Source: Octopus vulgaris
Taxonomy: Eukaryota
Length of the DNA stretch: 64,000 nt
NCBI GenBank assembly: GCA_951406725.2
Contig: OX597822.1
Coordinates: 49,414,001 to 49,478,000 of the forward strand
Reading direction: 5' to 3'
Made by a program: the position numbers and the translations under genes
Shown: positions 1 to 13,901 of the stretch, piece after piece
Layout of the letters: every line of letters begins with the position of its first letter
Numbering within the stretch: the first letter of the stretch is position 1
The notes under the pieces: model-generated
Told to the model about the DNA's origin: nothing
The model's database searches: none
Seen by the model: the letters and a program-made list of their open reading frames with translations, nothing else

Positions 1-1170
1 TCGGTGTTAATTAATGAAGAAAATATAAAATTGAAATATATCGGAAAAACATGAGGGAAATAAAACGGGAAATTTATGAGAACATTTGCTTAAATTTGGC
101 GACTAAAATTAATAAGTAAATATTTAATATCTGCTTGTATATAAATGTTTAATGTATAACTGTCTGTTTATACATTAGTACCTCCTTGTTAGATATGAAG
201 GTGTGAAGGTGTATATTAGTTTATATATAACTGTGTTGCTATATATTATTTTTATAATCATATTACACGTATTCTGCATTGTGTTACTGCAATAAAAAAT
301 TGTATATGGCTAGTTTAATGTGTCTAATCGTCGATTATGTATTGAATAAAGAATAATATCACGTACGAGGTAGATAACACCTGGCTGTTTCAAACACAAG
401 TACTCACAATGATGTTACACACACACACATACACACACACACACATACGTATGCACGCACACATTCATACACACAGACATGTATATAGATTTACGAACAG
501 ATCAGACGTGAATAAAATTGTTGTTTCTTTTAACACATGAAGAAAAATAAAGATTGTCAAGACATGTCTCATGGTTCGCTTGCCACTCATTATTTGTCTG
601 GCCAGGAAGACGGCTAAAATGAATAGCTAAGTACGAAGAGAAAAGCACGATACATTCATTTTTCTTTTATACTTTTATTCTTTTACTCGTCTCATTCATT
701 TGACTGCGGCCATGCTGGAGCACCGCCTTATTTAAATATTGATAGCAAATGGAAAGTTTTCTATTATACAGTTCACACAAATCCTCATATGCTAGTGTAG
801 CTTTATCTTCATATAAATTTATAACAGATATTGATTCAAATACTTTATGATATAGAATTTATGAGAAAATGTGGACAGTCATAGGTTATCCAATCGACTC
901 CAGGTAAAAGCAAAGTTGACATTGGACTTAGAATGTAAAGAGCAGAAATAAATACATTAAGGTACATTGTTTGACACTGTATCAATTCTACTCTCACTGC
1001 CAGCTTAACCTATTAAAACACATAAATATGTGAGTGTAGTTATTTGAATTAAACAAACACATACACACACACGCACATACTTATGTGCATATGTAAACCG
1101 TTTCACAATTGCTTAGTATACGATTTGCCTTATATTGCAAAACAAATATACATGGACAAAGATAACATAA

Positions 1171-1700
1171 GATGGACTACTCAAAGAAACCGGAATTTTG
1201 CAATATTATTTTATTCGCTTAGTTTTACATATTTACAATTTTATCGCCTTCAAAGTATACTTTATCTGAAGCAATGTATTGGTCCAGGAGCGTGTTCCAC
1301 TGTTCAAAGCAGTTCTGGACTTCTTGCGAGGAGATGCCTGTTAACGCCTCTGTCACATTTTTTTGTTCACCCCTTCGACATCTGCAAAACGTTTTCCCTT
1401 TAAGAACCTTTTTCAGTTGGGTGAAAAAATAGGTGATAAAAATAGCAGAGAACAGTCCTGTAGCTATGAAGGAAGACTGACTTCTAGACATGGGTCACAC
1501 GCCCACAGGTGTGTGGACATGTCTTGATGTCACGAGAATCAGCTCTTCTATATGTAGAGCCTGTGCCTCAATAATAAGCTCGGGAAACTAGCAGAATAAA
1601 TTGTAAATAAACCGGTACAATGCAACGGGAATTCACTGCTGAACCATATCAAAGAAAAATCATGAACTTCAGAGTTTGGAATGAAGGTCCAAAACTGTTG
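1171..1700 (-). mobile_element. Decayed mariner transposon, 3' part with TIR
   Basis: ORF 1225-1491 (LKKVLKGK...NVTEALTGIS...QNCFEQW...IASDKVYFEGD) resembles a mariner transposase C-terminus. A TIR-like sequence lies at ~1171-1200. Frameshifted. Confidence 0.75.
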
Positions 1701-1717
1701 ACGTTTGTAAAATAAGT

Positions 1718-1857
1718 ATCTTTTCTACACTGGGCGCAAGGCCCGAAATGTTTGTGGTGGAGTCCAGTCGACCTCCGCGGAATTTGAACTCAGAACGTTA
1801 AGACAGACGAAAAACCGCTAAGCATTTCGCCCGACTTGCTAACATTTATGTCGCCTT
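1718..1857 (-). mobile_element. SINE-B fragment (internally deleted, non-Tx1 tail)
   Basis: GGAATTTGAACTCAGAACG...AAGCATTTCGCCC matches the SINE-B head seen at 10111 and elsewhere. Confidence 0.7.
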
Positions 1858-1911
1858 TTGTAAAATAAGAATGGTATATAAATAGATAGATAGCTAGATA
1901 GGTGGATATAT

Positions 1912-2058
<147 letters not shown>

Positions 2059-2879
2059 GTAGGGCAGAGAGTAAAATAGAAACTGTAGTGCTTTGGGTTA
2101 TAGCGATACGTAATAGAATTAAGAATTCTATTCATGATCGTACTGAATTTCGTTCCAGTGTTTCATTTTCTTTTTACTTAAGTCAGGCGAGTATAATGGA
2201 GCTGAAGAATTGTCTGTAAGACCTTGCAACATTAGGCCCTGAATAGAGAACTTGTTTGCGTTGAATTGGGTATTACGCAGTAAAGCATTGACTTTCCTCT
2301 TTCAATTTCCATCTGTCCATATGACGATGAAAAAATTCTGGTAATATATTTGCGTGAAATCGATCTCGTCTTCTTTCCTGTAGGAATAGTATTTACCAGT
2401 TTTTAGATCTAGTGTCAGGTCCAAAAAGTTCACTAAGATCTATTTCTTATTTCACATACAAGACAGATTTTTGTGTTTTTCTTTGCCAAGAAATTAATCA
2501 TTATTCATTAAAACTTACTACTATCGTGATCAATCTGAGAATGAACGTTTGCCAATAAATACAGTAGCTCAACTTAAATTATCAAGTTCCTAACGATACT
2601 ATTTATTAAATATTTCACCAAATAATCTCTATCATTCCCAAGGTGGCCTCTCAATCGCCTGAAATTATGCTCAAAATTTCTGGTGTATTTTTATCATAAT
2701 CAATTATGCGAGTCAAAGCTATATATCTCTCTCTAGCAAGATAACTCTCCTTTTCCCTATTTATCAGCAGATACCTAAACACATGCGAACAAACATACAC
2801 ACATACGTAGAACCTGGCAGACGTGTTTAAATATATTCTAACGCAAACACAACCGTAGTACATAGATTCACACTCATAG

Positions 2880-2929
<50 letters not shown>

Positions 2930-3572
2930 ACACACACACACACCCATGTGCGCGTGTGTATGAGGATGCATATTGCTGCGTGTGTCTGTGCGTGCATGTG
3001 CGCGCGTATATGTAGCTATATTTAGATACCTTCATACATAAATGAACGTATATTATTTATACATAATCTACTGTCTGTCTACGTATAGATAATATACGTT
3101 CGTCCACTCACTCTTATATATACATACATAGTCCATCTGCTTATTCCAATGTTCCAAATCCTAATGTTGATATTACATTTGTGTGAGATATACGTAAGAG
3201 ATGGAAATTCTAAGAAATATATTTTACCAACAGGAAATTGGAACAAGTTTCAATATTATTTATTCACTTTTACATATGTTACATTTGCTAAGAGGAGCTA
3301 CAAAGTTTTATATGTCGGAAAAACATGTACGATGTCTCCAATTAGCAAATAAAATATATGTAATGGTGAAAAAATAATACCGAAAACTTTTATAATCTTG
3401 TGTTTTTATACATACATACCCACATACATACATATACATAGCTTCGCTTTCAGTCCCAATGTGTGACACGTAAACAAATCAATATCGGTCGTCAAGCGAT
3501 GCTGGAGACAAACACAGACATACAAATAAATGCATACATACATGTATGTATATATATATACATACATGTATG

Positions 3573-3620
<48 letters not shown>

Positions 3621-3623
<3 letters not shown>

Positions 3624-3822
3624 AGAGTTTACGAAAAAAAAACAAAGGACGAAGACAGGTGGTGTACAAAACAAACAGATGTATTAGTATAACGCCCAGG
3701 AATAGAAAAAGTATTTTACAGCTTCGAGCCTACGCTCTTCTACAAAAAGGGACACAGAAAAAACAAGGAAAGAAACAAGGAGAGAAAAAATGTGTGTAGT
3801 GGTTAACGATCTATCATAGCGA

Positions 3823-3881
<59 letters not shown>

Positions 3882-4769
3882 CAATGTATGTGTACAAATA
3901 ATACGGAAAAATAGTTACCAGGTTAGCAAAAAAAAAGTATCAAGTATGTAACATCCTACCAATAAAGGTAGAAATTCCCGTGTTTAGTGAAATGTTTTTA
4001 ATTAACATAGATAAATAAAGAAATGGAGTTAAACGGAGTTGTTATTAAAATCTTTATTCTTCCGACATATATTTCGAAGAAAACATTGGCATTATTCCAG
4101 AGTGAATAAAATGATGTAAAGCAACGCAATTTTTACATCGGGGAAAAAAAGAGAAACAAAACACTAGCCATTTTAACCGAAAGTGATTACTGCATGATAA
4201 AAGGAACGCTGGTAAGTTATTGTTTTTTTTAAACCGTTAATAGATTTAACGTCATAGGTATTTTATAGAAAGAGAAACACATTTATCGGTCGTAAAGCGA
4301 TGTTGGGGACAAACAAACATACAAATACATGCATGCATACATACATACATACATACATACAGTCTACGGAACGTGCTCTGGCATGGGCGGTGTGGATAGT
4401 GGTGATGGGATATCCACGTAGGGCGAAGTGGCGAGCAATGAGTTGAGACTGAGTCTCAAAGTCATGGTCGTCACTGCAAAGCCTACGTAGACGAGGCAAT
4501 TGGGAATAGGGGACGGAAAGCTTGGTGTGTTTAGGGTGGGAGGAAGAGAAGTTGATGTATGAGTGTGAGTCTGTGTGTTTGTAGTGGATGGAGCTGGTGA
4601 GAGTGGAGTGATGAATGCTGACTGAAATGTCAAGAAATGAGACAAAGGTATCAGAGATAGTGCAAGGCAGGATGAAAAGATTTGATAAAAGAGAGGATGG
4701 AGTCTAGATGTTCGCGGGAGAGTGAGGTCACACCGATAGTCATCAATATAACGGGCATATAGTTCGGGA

Positions 4770-4818
<49 letters not shown>

Positions 4819-5314
4819 GTGAGTGTTCCACTCACGATCTAGCGATCGTGATTTCAAATCACGTGGTAGACATTTCCCTGTTCGGACTGCCTCAATTCGG
4901 TGGAGGGAGTGAGCTAAGGCGTGGCACGAACATTTGATCAATCTAAACAAATCATACATCCGCTTCGATGAGATAGTCCTTGATATATATATATATATAG
5001 AGAGAGGGAGATACTTAAACATATTGGATGTAAGTCTACGCCTTGTTTCATGCGTAGCTGGGCTGTACGTATGTATGTATGCATGCATGTATGTATTTAT
5101 ACACATTTATATATAAATACATACATGCATTAGCCACTACGCAATCTTTTTCTCTCCTTGTTTCTCTCCCTATTTTTTCTGTGTCCCTTTCTATAGAAGA
5201 GCGTAGGCTCGAAACGTAAAATACTTTTTCTATTCCTGAGCGTTATACTAATACATCTGTTTGTTTTGTACACCATCTGTCTTCGTCTTTTGTTTTTTTT
5301 CGTAAACGCTCCCT
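3621..5314 (-). mobile_element. Penelope-like element remnants: RT fragment between two inverted ~185-bp pLTR-like copies
   Basis: Minus-strand 4364-4770 encodes PELYARYIDD...FLDISV...TDSHSYINFSSSHP...SQLPRLRRLCSDD, a PLE RT/thumb region with frameshifts. 3621-3805 and 5131-5314 are inverted copies, each abutting a TA/CA microsatellite. Confidence 0.75.
5188..5221 (+). ncRNA. Minimal variant hammerhead-ribozyme-like motif (PLE pLTR)
   Basis: ttt-CTATAGA-A-GAGC gtag GCTC-GAAA-CG-TA-aaa. The inverted copy near 3715-3750 has core TTGTAGA. Both cores deviate from CUGANGA. Confidence 0.45.
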
Positions 5315-5418
5315 ATACACACACACACACGCACACACACGCACACACACATATATATATTATATATATATTATATATTATATATATATATATTATATAT
5401 TATATATATATATTATAG

Positions 5419-5499
<81 letters not shown>

Positions 5500-5503
<4 letters not shown>

Positions 5504-6330
5504 CTGTCTACTACAACAGAACGACCGATAACTGCTTTAGAACAACAGTAGGATTATGTCAAGGATATCTTCTCTCACCTACCCTTTTCAACATCTTCCT
5601 TGAACGAATCATGCTGGATGTACACCGAAGAACTTAAAAGCCCTTTCAGCATTCGAGGAAGAGCTGTTGCAAACTTCCGATTCGTCAACGACATCGATAG
5701 TCTCGTAGGACTAAAAATAGAACGGGAAAGTTGGTGAAACGGTTACACAGTACCTAAAAGTGTTGCGGTGTGGAAATATTTGCCGAGAAAACCAAAACCG
5801 TGGCCGAGACATAACGTGTCACAATTGATACCGTAGTCGACGGTCAAAGGTAAGAAGCTATCAGCAAGATCAAATACCAAAAGAACTGACAACCCCGACG
5901 TAGGATCCAGGCTAGAAATCCTCAAATGACTTCTACAGGCAACTGCAGCTCTCGCAAACTTCATGCCAGTCTGGAAACATTTCCTTTTTTCTATACGCTT
6001 CCGAGGCTCGGACATAGACAGCGGAGCTGGAAAGATGTGAGCTCAATGGAAGTGTGAAGCTACACCCGTATCCTCGGTATCACCCACAAAGAACACGTGA
6101 CGAATAACGAAGTGAGCTTCAAAAGTCAAAAAGAGACTGGAGTGGTAAGATCATATCACAAGAAGCTCTGTCCTAGCAAACAACCTGTAAGGCAAATTGC
6201 TAGGTGGAATAACATCAAAGAGTAGATAGGCCCTAATTTCACCAACTCACATAGAGCAGCAGAAGACCAAGTTAAGTCGCAGAGTCTGGTTGCGATATAT
6301 TCAAAAGATCCCTCAAAGACCACATGATGA
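5500..6330 (+). mobile_element. Decayed RTE-like LINE RT fragment
   Basis: Translation near 5548 gives VGLCQG.LLSPTLFNIFLERIM, followed by a degenerate NFRFVNDI (NLRFADDI-like) motif. Many stops and frameshifts. Confidence 0.65.
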
Positions 6331-8081
6331 AAGGATAGGATAGATGTATATACATATACATATATATATATATATATATATGTGTATATCTGTAGTTGGT
6401 AAAATTTACACATACACACACATACGCACAATCACACATATATGTACATACAATTATATATGTGTGTGCGTATGTGTGTGTGTGTGTGTGTGTGTGCGTG
6501 TGTGCGTGCGCTGTGCATAGGAAATTAAATGCTTTATATATCTTTCCTCAGACATTGCCACTCGCAAAATAAACCTTGAAGGCCCGAGGATGAGTCTCAA
6601 AAATCCTTTAACTTTGTTTTTATCGATCGTTTTCAAACGGTTTTTTCACAATTTGCAACATAAAATTCCTAACGTTTCAATTTAAAACGCTGTCTTCTTT
6701 GATATTAAAACTTCGTTACTTACAGACTTTATATTTTGATAGGCTTGTGCATGTTGAAATAACTATCTGCTATTTATGAGATAGATTTGATGCCTTAAAC
6801 ATTTACGTTCAATTTGTTATTCACCTATGTATATATGTTATTTCATACGTAAAGTATTTTTGATACCGTCCACTTTCAGATCCTTAATGTATTTCATAAC
6901 TTAGGTTAATGTCGTATATACAGAAACAATGTTATTTGTGACATTTTTTCCTTGTTCCAGTCTTAATTTCTTTTGTAATGAATTACTGCTTCACAAATTC
7001 TTAACAGGGATATGATATATCAATAAGGGTCCTCAACTATGGGTATGTAAAAAGATGTTGAAATAGAAATGTAGAGTATAAAAAAATAACACTAATAATA
7101 TAATTTACTATGAATTGAAGCTGAAAATTCTGAAATCGTAACCCTCAATTTACATTTTCGGATTTTCAAACGATTTATGCAAAAGTTTACCACCGTGACC
7201 TCACATAAAGATAAATATTCGCAAAGATATCTGAGTATGATATTCAACAGCAAATCGAGAATTCATTGATTTTTCCCCCAAAATAAGGTTTTAGAAACTT
7301 TCTTTCGTGCATAGATAAGAATCTTTCTTATATTGAAGATATTCCAAGTTTCTTTATTCAGCAAGAAATGTATGCGCATTTGTTTAAAATAAAACCATTA
7401 AACACAAGCCAAAATTCTTCGAAATTTACATTAGGAAATTCGTTAAGAGATGCTTTGAAGAAAGTGCAGCTAAAGATCAAAGACTCGTGTCGGAGAATAT
7501 AGAATAGCCTTTTGAATTTCTTTTAATAATAATAGTTTCTTTTAATAATAATATTAATAATAGAATTTCTTTTAATAACAATAGTTTCCTTTCAACTTTC
7601 AAATGTTTGTTTACTCATCTCCTTACAAGATAATTATTAGTATATCTTTTCTAGCACTGGTGGAGTAAGATCTAGATATTTCTTTTTTTATATTTTCGCA
7701 TTCTGAAAATATAGATTTTAAATGGTAAATGTTTGTTTGTGGTTCTACCTACACATATTACTGTATATCATAATATAACGTTATTCATGTTAAAATAACA
7801 CAATATCTTTATTTGTGTGCCCCCTTCATTTAATTTACCATATAAAAATTGTTTGACGGTAGAACAGCTGCATCAATATCATAAATCTTCAGAACAACAT
7901 TTGGGAAATTTGCTGTGTGTATATATATTATATACACGTTTGCATGTATATGTGTATTCTCTATATATCTCTCCATCTTTTCATCTCTGCATCTCTCTAT
8001 CTAACGCACTGTTAAGTAATGAACACAGTAACGAAGCAAGAAAGTAAGTAAAATAGAGAAAATAAGAATGTGAGCGAGCGA

Positions 8082-8082
8082 G

Positions 8083-8181
<99 letters not shown>

Positions 8182-8224
8182 CTACCTACCTACCTACCTA
8201 CCTACCTACCTACCTACCTACCTA

Positions 8225-8278
<54 letters not shown>

Positions 8279-8318
8279 CCTACCTACCTACCTACCTACC
8301 TACCTACCTACCTATCTA

Positions 8319-8374
<56 letters not shown>

Positions 8375-8390
8375 ATCTATGTATCTATCT
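8082..8390. repeat. (TATC)n/(TACC)n compound microsatellite
   Basis: Directly visible. Similar tracts at 16687-16890 and 63463-63575. Confidence 0.95.
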
Positions 8391-8577
8391 ATCGATATAC
8401 ACACCAATATGTATGTATATATAGCTATAATGCATTAAAATTCAGATTGAATCTTGCTTGCGTGCAATGTTACTCAGGCAAACTGGCGCATAATGGGAAA
8501 AAACTATGAATTAACGTCGCTTTTGGATTTGGTTTCCAAGAGTCATTATGTTGGTTCGTGCGTTGACGCATATTCTG

Positions 8578-8946
8578 TTGTGTCTGGGGATAGTCATTCT
8601 CCTTTAGTAACTTATTATTTAACACTCTCCCCGGTAAAGTTTTCACTCAATTACTTATTTATTTTTTCTAAACTTTTCGTTGACTCAGTCCGTTTCCCGG
8701 AGTTAGGTTCTTTTTGTTTGTTCGTGCGTATGTGTGTGGTTCAGTGTATGTGCGCATAAACATGTATGTATGTATGTATGTATGTATGTATGTATGTATG
8801 TATGTATGTATGTATGTATGTATGTATGTATGCATGCATGCAAACATTTTTAAGGATTTTAGGATTTAAGGAAATGAGTGGAAACTTTACCGGTGAGTGT
8901 GTTAAATAATAAGACACTAAAAGGGAATGGCTATCCCCAGACACAA
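8578..8946. repeat. ~72-bp inverted repeat pair around (TATG)n
   Basis: TTGTGTCTGGGGATAGTCATTC...CCGGTAAAGTTTTCACTCA (8578-8649) pairs with its reverse complement at 8875-8946. Confidence 0.85.
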
Positions 8947-10110
8947 TGAGCTATGAATTAAGTCTACCCTGAAATGTAAATACGATCGGAATGAAACAAA
9001 TTTCACGTATATGGAAAAAGTTCCCGAAATTAACTTGATCCTGAGAGGGAAATAACTTTTGCCTTTCGATTATACAGTTACTTGACCAACAAAAAATGTT
9101 TCTATTTTCGCTTTTGTTAAACACAATATTTTAATAATTTAGAAATATTTTTAGGGGAATATGATTTCAAAAATGTAAGTTGTTTGTATAATAAGTATTT
9201 ATATTTTAGCTTTAAACAGACAATATTTTAATGGTTTAAAAAATTCTTTTTGGCATAAATATTTCGTAGAAGACCCGTTTGTAACCTCAGTGTAAAATAA
9301 TTTTTTCCATAGGCTTTTTTCGAGTGCATTCAACGTATCTCACTTCTAAAGATTTGGCTGCTATTTCTAACACGCCCTGATACCACGTAACTGCTTTTTG
9401 CGATAAATGACCTGAAATACTTGTTATATGGTAGCAGGGTGTGCAAAATATAATAGCCAAATCTTTCCTTTTCTGGAGAAAGGAGCTGCTTACGCCTGAT
9501 TTCAATGTCACATTCGTTAAAAAACCCCACGAAACAAAACTCCGTTGCTGGGAAACTCAGACTTTCCCGGTGGCCCAATGGATCATGGGTAGTCTAGTGT
9601 AGTATATAAATGTATATAAGTAATGTTTATCGCCACATCAACATGGCGGTTCGACGTTACTACCGTTTTTAACGCCAGGAAGAGCCTCTAGTATAAATTG
9701 CAAGCAGGGAAGCGAACTCTACCATCTTGTAGCTGTCGGGCTATTTGTGCCCATCATCAGTGGTGAACACCCGGCCGCCAGAGATAACAGGAATTCACTC
9801 CAGCTCACAATATATAGAAAATCAAGTGACAATCAGTCACTGACCTTGCCTAACCAGCTACTTTTCCTGTTGATTTGTTGACCTTACAAAAGCTTTCGAA
9901 TTTCTGAGTATAATCTGAAATTTTTCACGATCGTTCATGCATTTGACACAGATGTGAAAAGTCTCATTCAGTGCGATGGCTCTTCCTCAGAAACTGTCAG
10001 CATTCTTATTGAAGTGAAGAGGATTCTCTGATTTTTTCCGAACTTGTTCAGCATTTTCTTCGAGGTTATGTTGAAGCAGGTTCTTAGAAATGTCAACCGA
10101 TGGTACTTAC

Positions 10111-10339
10111 GGCGAGCTGGCAGAAACGTTAGTACGCCGGGCGAAATGCTAAGCGGTATTTCGTCCGCCGCTACGTTCTGAGTTCAAATTCCGCCGAGAT
10201 CGACTTTGCCTTTCATCCTTTCTGGGTCGATACATTAAGTACCATTTACGCACTGGGGTCGATATAATCGACTTAATCCGTTTGTCTGTCCTTGTTTGTC
10301 CTCTCTGTGTTTAGCCCCTTGTGGGTAGTAAAAGAAATA
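10111..10339 (+). mobile_element. SINE-B, full-length monomer with Tx1-type tail and 9-bp TSD
   Basis: Head with A box (TGGCAGAAACG) and B box (GAGTTCAAATTCC); core GCCTTTCATCCTTT..GGGTCGATA..TTAAGTACC resembling the MetaSINE-type domain; tail ends GAAATA. TSD GGTACTTAC at 10102-10110 and 10340-10348. Confidence 0.9.
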
Positions 10340-10819
10340 GGTACTTACAAGATCAGATGGGAAACTGCTCTCAATTGATTGTTAAAATGAAAATATGCAA
10401 GTACTCAGCAAAAGTTGTTTCTAGATGATGCAACACGGGCAACATACTCGGTGGAACAATTGTAACTTATCTTGGACAGCTTTAAAGAGCCTTCTCAAGA
10501 CGTTGATTTTAACATCAGCTTCAAGAATACGAAAGTACTAGGAAAACTTATTGCGTATTGTCCTACCATTACCATCGACAACTACTGCAATCTGGAAGTA
10601 ATCCATGAATTCTCATACCTCAGCACCACCATCATAGACATCTATAGAGTGTGAGATCAAATGACATACTAAAGGGCTCTTCAGATATAGCCAGATGAAC
10701 GTCTAAGAGAGTATAAAATAACAAATGTAGTATGAAGTGCTTGCGTCCTCAGCACATGCTTTACGGTCGTGATCTACAAAGTTTCGACATCAAACATGAA
10801 CAGCATCTCAACGCCTTCC

Positions 10820-11078
10820 ACCACAAGGGGTTAAATACAGAGAGGACAGACAAGGACAGACAAACGGATTAAGTCGATTATATCGACCCCGGTGCGTAAC
10901 TGGTACTTAATTTATCGACCCCGAAAGGTTGAAAGGCAAAGTCGACCTCGGCAGAATTTGAACTCAGAACGTAGCGGCGGACGAAATACCGCTTAGCATT
11001 TCGCCCGGCGTGCTAACGTTTCTGCCAGCTCGCCGTAAGTACCATCGGTTAACATTCCTAAGAACCTGCTTCAACATA
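10820..11078 (-). repeat. Inverted duplicate of SINE-B plus ~43 bp of its upstream flank
   Basis: Reverse complement of 10068-10324, including non-SINE flank ATGTTGAAGCAGGTTCTTAG..ACCGATGGTACTTAC. Confidence 0.9.
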
Positions 11079-12444
11079 TGTGACGGGCATTTGGCGTCAA
11101 ATGAACTGACCGACTCACCACCAATAATGGTCCTGGCTCGTGCCTCTTCATTCTGCTTCAAGTAAGTCGCTGTTCCACTCAAACTCCGTGTCAAATAAAA
11201 GGATCATGCAATGCTTCCGAGAGAGACATGAATATTCTTTATATTGCTATTGAACACTGGAGAGGCATGGTTCGTGATTGATTGCACTGGAAGCTGCAAC
11301 TATATACACACACACACAAACATGCAGATAGAGACATACATACGTACGTACATACATAAATACATACATGCATACATACATACATAGATACACACATACA
11401 TACACAGATACACACACACATGCGGATGTATGTACTCAAATGGAATGTTTCATATTTCTTTCCTATCATACTTTCGGCATCGAAATACACATTAAAATCT
11501 GAAAGTGAGTCGAAGATCCTCTCAGATATTAGTGTTTTGTTGTTCTTTATTAATATTTTTTTCTATTTGATCCATTAAATAGCCAATGTATTTTATAAAT
11601 CATGTTTGCTGCAAAAAATCTTCAAGAACTTTATTCTAGGAGCTGTTTATGCATTCTTCAAACATTTTTGGCTTATTCATGTGATGCTAGATTTGATATT
11701 TCCATATTTTCGTTCAATTATTTATTTCAGATCTTGTATTATATTTCTGTAAATAATATTCAAGATTTTTTTTTTACTTAATCCACATCATTAAGTTGCT
11801 AACGTTTTCAATTAATCATGTATTTTTCTTTCATTTAAAATGTTTACTATTTAGGAATTTTATTTTTGAGCTTCTTGCACTTTTTTCCTACTGTTTTTTG
11901 TCTATTTATGTGATGCTAAACTTGATACATGTGACATTTTCGTTCAATTATTTCCACACCTTGTATTTTTTGTTACAAAATATTACTTCTTACACTTTCT
12001 TCCTGTAGATCTTGAACGTATTTCATAACTTGGATACAATCATTAAAAAAGAAACAATATTTTCCATCAGATTAAAATTTTTTCTTTGTTTATTCTCAAT
12101 TTGTTTTATAGAATATTTTTTCCTCACAAAGAATTTACAAGGATATATATCTAAGGCAACTTCATGTTATCAATGTAAAAAGACTTTGAAAAAGTTGAAT
12201 ACAATATAAAGCATGAAAATTATCTTTAACTCTTAAAGGAAAACTCACTTAACAGATCAAAAACGGAAGATATGGTGTTTACAAACATAAGTTCGATATA
12301 GTAGCTATCTAAAATTCATTTGTCATTTTTTTTGTACTCTTCTCTTTAATTCTAACTAATTTGATGGCTTAGTAATATGATTTCAAACGTTGCAAAACTA
12401 CATTTTCTAGCACTGTTCACACTATGTTCCACTTATATGAATAA

Positions 12445-12867
12445 TATAAACCTGAAAAAGTACAGGACAATTTATTACACCTATAAAGTATAGGACAAGC
12501 TATCGCCTCTAGTAAAGTAAAGAATAAGAAACGTTTTACTTAAAATATTGCAGCAAAGAATGCCAGTTCTTCTAATTTATCACTCTTTACAGTTATCATC
12601 TTTTAAATTTATTGTACAAAACTGTTCAGCTAATTTGTAAGTTTGTCTAATTAGTCACTTTTCTGTATTTAAGGCAGTAAATTAACCAACTTCTACTTAA
12701 ATAAGTATAATGTTATTTGTAAACTTTAATAAAATGAGTTTTAATACTCAAATTTTAATTTTAGTGGAAATATTTTAAGTTTCTTATTCTTTACTTTACT
12801 AGAAGTAATAGCTTGTCCTATACTTTTCCAGGTGTAATAACTTGCCCTGTACGTTTCCAGGTTTATA
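12445..12867. repeat. ~100-bp inverted repeat (MITE/foldback-like)
   Basis: 12445-12549 is the near reverse complement of 12769-12867, with a ~220-bp spacer. Confidence 0.8.
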
Positions 12868-13901
12868 ATAGTAAGAATATTACTTTTCATGCTCGCATTT
12901 TCCATGTAATCCATGATTTTTCCAGGCATTACTGTTATAAGATAATCAATAATGTCTCAATTAATAATTTAAGATTTTAACTTATAAAATACTGGAATAT
13001 AATATTTTAATTTTTCCATGTAAGTGATGATAATATTTCAATTTTTTACATGTTTAATTTAAATATATGTTGTGATTGAATTATTTGATATTAGCCATCC
13101 CCACCAAATTAATGGTAGGGATTTTTATCATGTTGTTGGATGCACCATAGCTCATCAAAAGTTACAAGCAACAAAACCCCAAAACCATCAGTTACCAGAC
13201 TCACCTTAAGTAACCTAATTTTGCAATATTAGAAGGTCACATGAATTCATTCAACGAAAACAATCCAGTGATTCTGAGATTGGTGCCCCCCCCCACTTAA
13301 TTTTTTTCCAAACCAAAATAGGGGATTTGCATCATATTAGGAGGTCAGGGTACTTGATTCCAGGCTAAAAATCATTTTTTTTTTTTTTCTTTTCTGAGTG
13401 AAAATCGTATGGTGTTAATATAGAAATTTACCATAATCTTGTTATTTAGCCTCAAATCAACCCTGATAATGTAAACCTATCATCAAAGACATTCCAGCCT
13501 TCAGCAAACCGATTAAGGGTAATCTAGGATATTACATACAATGGGTGAGTGATTTAGGTAGTGGATAATTTGGCTGCTATTTTTAGCGTATCGATCAACC
13601 AAGTAGAAGATCTTTCATTGGTTCGATTGCATGATGAAACTTTTTTGACCCATATATGTCATATGTATATATATCATCGGCAGAAGTTAGAGAGTAAACC
13701 GAAAGCTGAGAGTTTCGTGTATTGGCATTTTATCAAACACGAATTTATCCATTGTCACTCTGTATCTTCTGACAAAATAACTTTTAAATTACAACATTTT
13801 GTCAAAAACGGCAAGAGTAAACCCTGTTCTATGTGACACATTCTACCAGTATCTGAAGTTTGAAAGTATTTAGTTAAAAAATTAATTACATAATATGTAC
13901 G

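Larger units (their letters stand above)
9870..11300 (+). mobile_element. Decayed RTE-clade LINE, interrupted by SINE-B copies
   Basis: Degenerate DLTKAF, PNLFSIFF..ML, EFSYLS and HLNAFH motifs occur in the expected order. Confidence 0.6.

Noticed and set aside
9638-9650. YY1-like motif AACATGGCGG
   Set aside because: A single short motif next to an RTE remnant; it cannot be supported as regulatory.
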